Source: Patescibacteria group bacterium (GTDB taxonomy: Bacteria > Patescibacteriota > Patescibacteriia > UM-FILTER-42-10). Taken from it: a stretch of DNA of 64,000 nt. A program made the position numbers and the translations under genes. Shown in pieces: positions 28,125 through 35,757 of this stretch (its first letter is position 1; each line of letters opens with the position of its first letter). The notes below the pieces were generated by a model. That model searched no databases, was not told the DNA's origin, and saw only the letters and a list, made by a program, of their open reading frames with translations. The stretch is from positions 7,965-71,964 of the forward strand of contig JBAYGC010000004.1 in NCBI GenBank assembly GCA_041666845.1, in the 5' to 3' direction.

Positions 28125-28796
28125 TTATAGTTTTCTCGTTTTTTCAAAACCTTTTTTCCAATCCAAAAAATTCTTCCAGATATTCTTGTCTTTATGCCAA
28201 TTATCCCGATCCGCTTCATATGCCTGTTCCAATGCCCAAGCAATTTCGCTGAAAAATCCTATCTTTCTGAAATAATGGTCTCGGTTTTTTTTGTTAAAAA
28301 GTGCTTCGAACTTGATTTTACGCTTGCTAATCCATCCAGGATATTTTCCGCCGGTATCATCTAGAATAACAAGTACTTCTTGAATATTTAATTTTCCTTT
28401 GACATTCTTAATGAATATTTCCTTGCTTGCTCCAGTGGCAATTACATCATCAACCAAAACCGCTCTTGCACCTTTGCTATATGCTCCCTCAATCAAAGAA
28501 TCCGTGGAATAACCTTTAGTCTTTTTTCTAATGTAAACCCAAGGCAATTTTGTTTCCAAGGCTGTAGCGGCAGCTAAACTAATTCCACCAGTTGCCCCAC
28601 CGGCGATTACTTCAATCTTAGGTCTGATATTTCTAATAATTCTGGCAAATTCTTGTGCTACTGCCTTTAGTACAACTGGATCAGACAAAGCCGCTTTAGG
28701 ATCCCAATAAATCGGAACAATCCGGTCTGCTTGGATTTTAACACCAGGAACATAAAAACGCTTTTGGGCTAATATTTTGATTACCTCATTTTTCAT
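28125..28796 (-). CDS. Orotate-phosphoribosyltransferase-like type I PRTase, paralog 1, with W/K-rich C-terminal tail
   Basis: PRPP-binding motif AVLVDDVIATGAS. OPRT-like core (IAGGATGGISLAAATA…YIRKK…IEG). Tail DNWHKDKNIWKNFLDWKKGF. Confidence 0.75.
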   Translation of the reverse strand: MKNEVIKILAQKRFYVPGVKIQADRIVPIYWDPKAALSDPVVLKAVAQEFARIIRNIRPKIEVIAGGATGGISLAAATALETKLPWVYIRKKTKGYSTDSLIEGAYSKGARAVLVDDVIATGASKEIFIKNVKGKLNIQEVLVILDDTGGKYPGWISKRKIKFEALFNKKNRDHYFRKIGFFSEIAWALEQAYEADRDNWHKDKNIWKNFLDWKKGFEKTRKL

Positions 28797-29422
28797 TTTT
28801 TTATCCTACTTCCCCAGTTAATTGGATCTTTAAGATACTGTTTAATCGCTAAAGTATCTTCGAGATCAAAAATGTTGTGTTTAATACCAAAATTGGCAAT
28901 TTCTTGAAAAGTTACTAGATAGTGAATCTTTATTTTACTTGCTTTCTCGATTTTTTTTGCCAGTTCCTTTTTGACTATTGAAACTACTATAACATCTTCA
29001 ACTTTTGCCTTGTTTTTCCTAAGTACTTTGACGGCATTGTTAATATTGCTTCCAGTCACCATCATATCATCTATCAGTACCACTTTCTGGCCAGGCTTGA
29101 GAATCCCTTCAATTTGTTTTTTTGTACCATTTGTTTTTGGTTTTTTTCTGACGTAAATCATTGGTTTGACAAGTGCTCGGGCGAGAATACCGGCAAAAGC
29201 GATGCCTGCCGATTCATTTCCCGCAATTATATTATAATGCTTTGGCAGTAACCCCTTTAATTGATTAAAAACTATTGATAGTTCCTTGGGGTATGATAAT
29301 AGATTTCTATGGTCAAGATAAATAGGTTGATATAGCCCCGCTCCACCTAATAGCGGCTTTTTGTAATCACAATAAACATTTTGCGCCTTGTATAATGCCT
29401 TTATGATTTTTGGTTTGTTCAT
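28793..29422 (-). CDS. OPRT-like PRTase, paralog 2
   Basis: VVLIDDMMVTGSN PRPP motif. Overlaps neighbouring genes by 4 nt on both sides. Confidence 0.7.
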   Translation of the reverse strand: MNKPKIIKALYKAQNVYCDYKKPLLGGAGLYQPIYLDHRNLLSYPKELSIVFNQLKGLLPKHYNIIAGNESAGIAFAGILARALVKPMIYVRKKPKTNGTKKQIEGILKPGQKVVLIDDMMVTGSNINNAVKVLRKNKAKVEDVIVVSIVKKELAKKIEKASKIKIHYLVTFQEIANFGIKHNIFDLEDTLAIKQYLKDPINWGSRIKK

Positions 29423-30999
29423 AGCTTTTGGATTATCCCTCTTTCTGCATCAACCAATATTTTATCACCGTCGTTTAGTAATTTATCACAATCCGTCACG
29501 CCAACCACGCACGGTATTTTCATTTCTCTTGCCACGATTGCAGTATGACAAGTCAATCCACCCGCTCCTCCGATTAATGCTGATGCTTTTTTCATGGCCG
29601 GTACTAAATTCGGATTGGTATTGTGCGCTACCATAATATCCCCTTGCCGCATCTTCTTCATATCTGCCGGAATGTTTACTATCTTTACCACCCCATCAAC
29701 CCTGCCAGGATAGGCGCAAGTTCCAGAGAGTTGATTTTTGCTTTTTTTGGATTTTTCTATGCTTATGGTCTTCATGAATTTTTCCGCTTCACTCCCGGTT
29801 ATAACTCTATTGATATACCCCGCCTGTCCCTTGCGCTTCCAATAATCAACCGCCTTTTTAATCCTTTCATTCAGTATGTGAACATCCACTTTGCCAACTT
29901 TCAAAATGGTTATTATTTCACTCGGCTTTAAAGCCTGCATCTGGCTGATCGACAGTCCAAACCTTTTTCCTACCTCTTTAAAAATTTTCTCATAATAATA
30001 CATTGCGTTGTATAGTCCATCCTTCCGGTAACTCTTCATATAAACCATTCCCTGAGCCATCTTCAGAATATCTTTTTCATGTTCAGAAAATCCGATTTGA
30101 CTAATGAGCTTTTTCTGTTCTTTCAATAAATCATCTCGATCATTTTGTTTTTTACTTAACATTGCTTGTGGATTTTTCTTTCCACGCAATAATGCCTGCC
30201 AACGAGCCAAATAATCCTTCAACGGATAAGCCGGACCTTTATATTGATATGTTAATGGACTAAATTTTTGATAGTGTCTGATGATATCCTTATAAATTTG
30301 CCTATCAATCCTTTCTAAATTATTCATCAAACTTTGCAAACTAGACTGAATAAATACCTCCTTAAGCTTTCTTCTTCTAACGATTGCTGATGCAATTTTC
30401 AGAAAACTTTCTTCTTCTTTGTATAACAAACTACGTTTTGTTGGTGAGGTAAGAATTGAGAAAGCTATAGAAATACTATGTTTTAGATTAGTATTTTTCA
30501 ATTTTTTTACAAACATCTTCATAATCGCCTTAGTAACCAGCTGGTCCCCGGCATCGGATTGCCAAGTTACACCTAACGCATATCCATGACTAAGCATGTG
30601 AACATTTCTAATTTCTTTCATCAGTTTCGCAATTTGCATGTTACTCATGCTTGATAAATTCATTCTTTTCACTCTGTTCATTATCTTGAAGAATTCAGCA
30701 GTCGCTTCCTCAACATCTTTAATGATTTTTAAAGCCCATCTCGGTTTCTTTATTACCTTCTTTGCTAGGAATCCGCATTGCGCTTCAAATTCTTTCTGCA
30801 CAAAGATCATTTGAGAAGAATCACCATCAAAATAAGTAATATATTCCCGCGCAAAACTCCCCAATCCTTGTTTTGGGTACACAGAAAAAAATGCTTCACT
30901 TGGAATTTCCATCATGAAAATAGTATTCTGGGGGATATCTTCAACTACTTCCCATATTTTTTTACCAATTAACCCAGATTTCATGTTTTTCTTTTTCAT
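29419..30999 (-). CDS. PEP-utilizing mobile domain protein, paralog 7 (start trimmed to Met at 30999; ORF-track N-terminus runs through a tRNA)
   Basis: C-terminal GGLTCHTAIVAREMKIPCVVG and AYPGRVDGVVKIV…GDIMVAHNTNP. The N-domain shares the Y.YKGPAYP motif with the other paralogs. The upstream 183 nt of the tracked ORF overlap tRNA-Arg and are rejected. Confidence 0.75.
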   Translation of the reverse strand: MKKKNMKSGLIGKKIWEVVEDIPQNTIFMMEIPSEAFFSVYPKQGLGSFAREYITYFDGDSSQMIFVQKEFEAQCGFLAKKVIKKPRWALKIIKDVEEATAEFFKIMNRVKRMNLSSMSNMQIAKLMKEIRNVHMLSHGYALGVTWQSDAGDQLVTKAIMKMFVKKLKNTNLKHSISIAFSILTSPTKRSLLYKEEESFLKIASAIVRRRKLKEVFIQSSLQSLMNNLERIDRQIYKDIIRHYQKFSPLTYQYKGPAYPLKDYLARWQALLRGKKNPQAMLSKKQNDRDDLLKEQKKLISQIGFSEHEKDILKMAQGMVYMKSYRKDGLYNAMYYYEKIFKEVGKRFGLSISQMQALKPSEIITILKVGKVDVHILNERIKKAVDYWKRKGQAGYINRVITGSEAEKFMKTISIEKSKKSKNQLSGTCAYPGRVDGVVKIVNIPADMKKMRQGDIMVAHNTNPNLVPAMKKASALIGGAGGLTCHTAIVAREMKIPCVVGVTDCDKLLNDGDKILVDAERGIIQKL

Positions 31000-31005
31000 T
31001 CTAAT

Positions 31006-31080
31006 TGGTGCCCCCATGAGGAATCGAACCTCAATCTTAGGCTCCGGAAGCCCACATTCTATCCGTTGAACTACAGGGGC
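31006..31080 (-). tRNA. tRNA-Arg (anticodon CCG), CCA encoded
   Basis: The reverse complement reads GCCCCTG-TA-GTTC-AACGGATA-GAAT-G-TGGGC-TTCCGGA-GCCTA-AGAT-TGAGG-TTCGATT-CCTCA-TGGGGGC-A-CCA. This gives a cloverleaf with a 7-bp acceptor stem (two G-U pairs), U8, a GTTCGATTCC T-arm, U33 and anticodon CCG. Confidence 0.85.
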
Positions 31081-31234
31081 ATGTTGAAATATTAATCTAC
31101 TACTTGCCTTCCGAAGCTCAAATCTAATTTGAGCGAAAGAAGGAGCTACAGGCGCATTCTTGACGCAGCTTAATATTAACACGTTTATATATACTGGATC
31201 TATTGCCCGTCCGCTTTAATACTATTTTCAACTA

Positions 31235-31930
31235 CTATAACTCGTCTTTTTTAAGTGATTTTTTCCAAGCCAAAAACATCCGCCAACTCTTTTTATCTTT
31301 ATGCCAGCCGGTAGGATCAGCCAAATAAGCTTTCTGGACAGTTATTGCTTCAACAGGCAGTTTTTTAGCTTTCCTCACATAGTCAAGCCATTCGTGGCGG
31401 TTATAAAGATTATCAAAAGTAATTCCCATTTTCTGTAATCGTTTTTTAAAATTCTGATTCCTTGCATGCCAAGAATCATTGATTACCACCACGTGCTTCA
31501 CCCTAATCCCGTCCTTAGCGCAATCCTGAATCGCTTTCAATACCGTACTCCCTAAACCGATTACATCGTCTACTAAAACCCCAACGGAATTCTTTTGGTA
31601 GTCCCCTTCCACCCATTTTTTTCGCAAGGTAGGCTTTCTCTTTTTGTTTAAATAGGCAAAGGGAATTCTGGTTTTTAGACTGGTTGCCAAAGCAATGGGA
31701 ATGCCAGCCATAGGAATACCCACGATTAAATCTACTCTTTTCTTTCGATTGTATTTATTAATAATCTTCCCCAATTCCTCCGCGATTATCTCCATTACCT
31801 CAGGATGTGAGTAAAGGCATCTACTGTCATTAAAGAAAGGTACAATCGCTCCAGTAGTCGACTGTCTGAAGGGACCGACCGAGATTTTCATTTTGGCTAC
31901 TGCATTTAATACTCGTTTATTCTCGCTCAT
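31235..31930 (-). CDS. OPRT-like PRTase, paralog 3, W-rich tail
   Basis: GVLVDDVIGLGST. Tail GWHKDKKSWRMFLAWKK. Confidence 0.7.
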   Translation of the reverse strand: MSENKRVLNAVAKMKISVGPFRQSTTGAIVPFFNDSRCLYSHPEVMEIIAEELGKIINKYNRKKRVDLIVGIPMAGIPIALATSLKTRIPFAYLNKKRKPTLRKKWVEGDYQKNSVGVLVDDVIGLGSTVLKAIQDCAKDGIRVKHVVVINDSWHARNQNFKKRLQKMGITFDNLYNRHEWLDYVRKAKKLPVEAITVQKAYLADPTGWHKDKKSWRMFLAWKKSLKKDEL

Positions 31931-32631
31931 ATCTTATCAAAACTTTCATCAAAAATTAAGTTCTTTTCTACTACACCTAATTGTTTGAATTCCTTCCAAT
32001 TTTTGGGATCCTTTTGCCAGCCGAAAGGATCGTCAAGCATTTTGATAATGAGTCTGCAAAAATCCTTTTCTAGAAATTTCTGATCTGCAGCATATTTCAT
32101 TATACCCGGCCAAGTTATTAGTGCGATAAATTTATATTTTCTACTCTTTCGGAGCCAATTTTGTGCCTTGCGGTATTTGAGTCCGTAAAATGCATCCATA
32201 ATCACGATAATACCCTTAACCTTCAAACCAGCTGCTTCTAATGTTTTAACTATCTCCTTCTTATCACCACCAGTAGACATAGCATCATCCACTATTACCA
32301 CACTCTGACCCTTATGATACATGCCCTCGATAACGTTATTTGTATTGTACCCCTTCGGTTTTTTTCTCAGATAAAGAAAGTCTCTTTTTAGAGTACTGGC
32401 TACCGCTACACCGAAAGGCACCCCTGCGGCTTCCCGGCTGGCGATTAAATCCGATTTTATAGTCGCCGCTGCTTTTGCCAGTTCTTGGGTCAGTATGCTA
32501 AAAACCCTGTTTCGGGAAAAAGCATTACGATGATCGGGATATAGGGGAAAATGTCCGATACGCGGACTTATAAAATTCCCAGCAATAAAATATCCTTTGA
32601 ATAACAATGCTTTTGCCGCCCGTTTATTCAT
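31927..32631 (-). CDS. OPRT-like PRTase, paralog 4, W-rich tail
   Basis: VVIVDDAMSTGGD. Tail GWQKDPKNWKEFKQLG. Confidence 0.7.
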   Translation of the reverse strand: MNKRAAKALLFKGYFIAGNFISPRIGHFPLYPDHRNAFSRNRVFSILTQELAKAAATIKSDLIASREAAGVPFGVAVASTLKRDFLYLRKKPKGYNTNNVIEGMYHKGQSVVIVDDAMSTGGDKKEIVKTLEAAGLKVKGIIVIMDAFYGLKYRKAQNWLRKSRKYKFIALITWPGIMKYAADQKFLEKDFCRLIIKMLDDPFGWQKDPKNWKEFKQLGVVEKNLIFDESFDKI

Positions 32632-32697
32632 ATAATTATCCTGAAATTAGCTACTTAGCAAGTTTTTCCTGCAATGAACCCACAGGATAAATTTACT

Positions 32698-33372
32698 CTA
32701 TTTAGCTGAATCAGTAAAACCTTCAGATTTTGCCAGTGAAACAAATTCGTTCCACTTTTTATTATCTTTCTGCCATATCTTCAAATTCTTCCATATATCA
32801 AACATATAATCACCGAGTTTCTTCGAGATATATCCGTTCTTAACCATGTATTTGACCAGATCATTATGTTTTACGAATGAGTGAATTCTTATTTTATTCT
32901 TTGCATAAAATGGTATGTACTCCACACCAGCATCATAAAGTACCAAAACGTCTTTTACAACCAGACCTTTTCTCTGTAATGTCTTAATGAAGCGTTCTTT
33001 GGTACTGCCGGTCCCGATTCCATCATCAACTACCAAGACATTCTCACCTTTTCTATACAACCCTTCCAGTAAAGTCGCTGTCGAACCGTCTTTGCGCGTT
33101 TTCTGCCGGAGATAAATAAAAGGTTTGTGTGAAGCAAGCGATACGGCCATAGCTAGAGGTGTGCCTGATACCATCGTGCCTGCTACCAGATCAATATTTT
33201 TTCCCTTCATAAAATTAGCAATTTCTTCTGACACAACTTTCATTTTATCCGGGTGGGAATAAAGACGCTTGCTGGTAATATAAATCGGAGATGGTTCGCC
33301 CAGTGAGCCGTAAAACTTGCCAAAAACAAAAAAACCAAAGTCACTCAGTAGCTTGGCGATACGTTTATTCAT
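32698..33372 (-). CDS. OPRT-like PRTase, paralog 5, W-rich tail (start taken at MNKRIAKLL, as in the other paralogs)
   Basis: VLVVDDGIGTGST. Tail IWQKDNKKWNEFVSLAK. The ORF track extends 11 codons further upstream, to 33405. Confidence 0.7.
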   Translation of the reverse strand: MNKRIAKLLSDFGFFVFGKFYGSLGEPSPIYITSKRLYSHPDKMKVVSEEIANFMKGKNIDLVAGTMVSGTPLAMAVSLASHKPFIYLRQKTRKDGSTATLLEGLYRKGENVLVVDDGIGTGSTKERFIKTLQRKGLVVKDVLVLYDAGVEYIPFYAKNKIRIHSFVKHNDLVKYMVKNGYISKKLGDYMFDIWKNLKIWQKDNKKWNEFVSLAKSEGFTDSAK

Positions 33373-33516
33373 AAAAACAATTAGTATTAATACATTAGAT
33401 AGCAACTACTATCATAACGGATTTTCCAAAATTTGAAAACCCCATAACCTACTATCTTCTACGCTTGGTATTTGAATTCGGGAATTAACTCCCACACTTG
33501 ATACTAAGTGTAGAAG

Positions 33517-33545
33517 TTGACAAAAATGGGAAATAGGTGTATAGT
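33517..33545 (+). promoter_or_regulatory. Consensus-like sigma70 promoter (TTGACA-17-TATAGT) for the GC-rich island 3 operon
   Basis: TTGACA at 33517-33522 and TATAGT at 33540-33545. Confidence 0.5.
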
Positions 33546-33561
33546 TGCCTGTTAAAATTGA

Positions 33562-33582
33562 ATACTCTTGTTGGAAGAGTAT
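33562..33582. promoter_or_regulatory. Perfect 8-bp/5-nt-loop palindrome (atactctt gttgg aagagtat) just downstream of the -10; candidate operator
   Basis: Seen directly in the sequence. Positioned +17 to +37 relative to the -10 box. Confidence 0.4.
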
Positions 33583-33711
33583 AGACAGTCTGTTAAATGT
33601 GAAGTAATTCGTTTTCAGCAGAGTGCCTATTTTACTGGCACATTGACATAGAACACAACCAGTCCTGAAATACTGGCTGGCACAGAATCACCACTATCCC
33701 GGAGGTAGATA

Positions 33712-34299
33712 ATGACGAAGCGAGTCTTTATCCAGGGTGATCGCGATCCCAGTGTGGATCTCGCCGCATGCGCGCTGGAGATTGCTCAGCTCCTTAAGCA
33801 GAGGGGTTGGGAAGCGAACGTCGGCGCGTACGGCGGACTGGTTCGGATCTTCGAGGAGTCTGGCATGCGCTGCCATGCGCATGTTATAGCACCTCGCGGT
33901 AGAGAAGTCCAGTTCAGCGAACGAATCGTCGCATCGGTCACAGACTGCAACCAACTCGTTCGGTCTCTCCCGGCGGAGGTCCGCTGGGGAGGCGAAGCCG
34001 ACCAGATTCTCACCTGGGGTCTTCGTCTCGGCATCTGGATGGCTCATTCCGATGCCTTCATCTTCTTCGCCGGCCGGGAAGGTACGATGGCCCACCTTAT
34101 CCCGGTTCTCGCCTGGAACCGCAAGGTTCTGGCCAAAGAAGGGCGGGCCAAGAAGGTTGTCCTGTTCGGGTGGTTACGCAGTCAGATCAACGCCCTGCGG
34201 GCACTCGGTCTGTATTCGCCAGCCGATACGTGGCTGGCCTTCTACCCGGCCTTCCGCTGGAGCGAAGAGCTGACCGTCAACTTCCTCACCGAGGAGTGA
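33712..34299 (+). CDS. GC-rich LOG/SLOG-like (TIGR00730 / lysine-decarboxylase-like Rossmann) protein
   Basis: GGAGG ribosome-binding site 6 nt upstream. The motifs VGAYGGLVRIFEES and SDAFIFFAGREGTMAHLIPVLAW resemble the LOG-family GGGxGxMG and SDAFIALPGGxGTxEE…W motifs. About 60% GC on the plus strand within AT-rich surroundings. 195 aa. Confidence 0.4.
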   Translation: MTKRVFIQGDRDPSVDLAACALEIAQLLKQRGWEANVGAYGGLVRIFEESGMRCHAHVIAPRGREVQFSERIVASVTDCNQLVRSLPAEVRWGGEADQILTWGLRLGIWMAHSDAFIFFAGREGTMAHLIPVLAWNRKVLAKEGRAKKVVLFGWLRSQINALRALGLYSPADTWLAFYPAFRWSEELTVNFLTEE

Positions 34300-34303
34300 C
34301 AAC

Positions 34304-34435
34304 ATGGGCTTCATCAAGCCTGTCGCGCTCCTGCTTTCGCTGGTATGCCTGCTGGTAGCGACGAAGAACCATCGCAGTGATGGATCTCTCGCCACGATCG
34401 GCACCCTGCTCCTTATCGTTGGCGCAATGGCCTAA
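34304..34435 (+). CDS. 43-aa double-TM hydrophobic peptide co-transcribed with the SLOG-like gene
   Basis: GAGGAG ribosome-binding site 7 nt before ATG. MGFIKPVALLLSLVCLLVATKNHRSDGSLATIGTLLLIVGAMA has two hydrophobic segments. It is GC-rich and below the ORF-track size cutoff. Confidence 0.4.
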   Translation: MGFIKPVALLLSLVCLLVATKNHRSDGSLATIGTLLLIVGAMA

Positions 34436-34461
34436 AGCCTGGCGCCCCGCATCCTCTTCCC

Positions 34462-34514
34462 CCCCGCGCATCAAACTGATTAATTTCAGGGCGATGCGCG
34501 GGGTGTTTATTTTG
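34462..34514. terminator. Large inverted repeat (ccccgcgcatc … gatgcgcgggg, 11-bp stems, 20-nt loop) + T-rich tract; bidirectional terminator
   Basis: Seen directly in the sequence. It closes the GC-rich island and abuts the stop of the convergent kinase gene. Confidence 0.45.
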
Positions 34515-35553
34515 TCAAAATACTTGCATACCAATCGGCCGTTTTGTTTTTACTTCTGGTTATTAAAGCCAATCCGGTTTCTCTGATTTTTGCCTCCAAT
34601 CGTGGCCGGTTTTTGTAATATGATCCAGACCGGCCGTCGGTTCTGGAGACCATATATATCCCGGTCCAGACGGTAGTTCGTTTGATGACCCCCTTAATTT
34701 CATGAGCGGATATACCAAAAGATTTCATTGTTTTAACGTATGCTTTTATAAAATTTTTGATAAAATATCGGCAATCTTTGGATACTGCTACTTTTTCTTC
34801 CAGTATTTTTATTAGCCAATGTGCTAAAAAAATTCCATTATCGAGGGCTGGGTCATTTTCCATGGCAAAATCAAAATCCAAAACAGAAAAGCCATGCTTG
34901 CTGACAAAAATATTTCTGTATACTGGATCACCCCAAACAAAAGATTTCTTTGCTCTATCAGAATTTTTAACAAATTTTTTGATTGCTTCTTCTTTAATTA
35001 ATTTTTTAGCACCGAACATAACCCAATCCCGCCATATGAAATTTACTTTATTTTGATTGGAAATATTACTAAATAGCAGAGGCATGTTGTAGGTTCTCCC
35101 GTGCATCTTTCCAAAAAAATTACCAAACTCTTCTGCTAACTGCGGTTGCACTTTGTCTCTATTAAATTCTTCAATTAGTATTTTCTTTTTTCCTTGGATA
35201 TCATCCAACACTAAAATATAGTTGTGATAATCAACATGCAAAACTTGTGGTACGATCTTTTTCCCGATTAGTGACTCTAAAAATTTCAATTTCCTACCTT
35301 CAATTACAGTTCTTGCCGGATTTATTCGAATCTTTCGGTCTCTTTTTACATACCCATCAGACTGCTTCAAGTATAATATTTTCTTACCTTGATTAGTAAG
35401 ACATTCTGCTCGATAAACAAAAAATGCATTTGAATATTTTGTTATTTCGGTAACATTTATTACCTTTTTTATTTCAAAAATGAATCCATCTACCGCCTTG
35501 GCATTCAAATATCCAGCAATATTTTTTTCAGATAAGATTGTCCTTTTATTCAT
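34507..35553 (-). CDS. Aminoglycoside-phosphotransferase/choline-kinase-fold (APH / MTR-kinase-like) small-molecule kinase
   Basis: Catalytic-loop-like VWGDPVYRNIFV (HGDxxxxN analogue) and VLDFDFAMENDPALDNG (DFE motif). 348 aa. Confidence 0.55.
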   Translation of the reverse strand: MNKRTILSEKNIAGYLNAKAVDGFIFEIKKVINVTEITKYSNAFFVYRAECLTNQGKKILYLKQSDGYVKRDRKIRINPARTVIEGRKLKFLESLIGKKIVPQVLHVDYHNYILVLDDIQGKKKILIEEFNRDKVQPQLAEEFGNFFGKMHGRTYNMPLLFSNISNQNKVNFIWRDWVMFGAKKLIKEEAIKKFVKNSDRAKKSFVWGDPVYRNIFVSKHGFSVLDFDFAMENDPALDNGIFLAHWLIKILEEKVAVSKDCRYFIKNFIKAYVKTMKSFGISAHEIKGVIKRTTVWTGIYMVSRTDGRSGSYYKNRPRLEAKIRETGLALITRSKNKTADWYASILTK

Positions 35554-35726
35554 GATATATTCATCTTAACGCTTGTTTTACCGCTTGTAAACACACTAAA
35601 ACATATCTACTATTCTTTAAATTATGTGAACAGCAGAGCTTGCCAAATGCAGTTGATCACAACTACACAGACTTGCTTGCCCCCATATTAGACTCTGCAC
35701 CTACATCTTCTCAAGTAAAAAACAGG

Positions 35727-35752
35727 CTTCTTGGCCTGCTTTTATAACTCGC
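35727..35752 (-). terminator. Rho-independent terminator (caggc ttcttg gcctg flanked by A6/T4)
   Basis: On the minus strand it reads gcaggccaagaagcctg tttttt, downstream of gene 35758..37107. Confidence 0.5.
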
Positions 35753-35757
35753 TAAAA

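Noticed and set aside
31000-31182. N-terminal 61 codons of ORF 29419-31182
   Set aside because: They overlap tRNA-Arg(CCG) on the same strand. The start was moved to the Met at 30999, and 30984 is an alternative.
33694-34534. Minus-strand and alternate-frame ORFs across GC-rich island 3 (33694-34095 -, 33786-34034 -, 34052-34273 +, 34174-34404 -, 34286-34534 -, 34170-34358 +)
   Set aside because: They are GC-driven spurious ORFs. The plus-strand 33712-34299 gene has a GGAGG RBS and LOG-like motifs. The 34377-34586 ORF spans the terminator.
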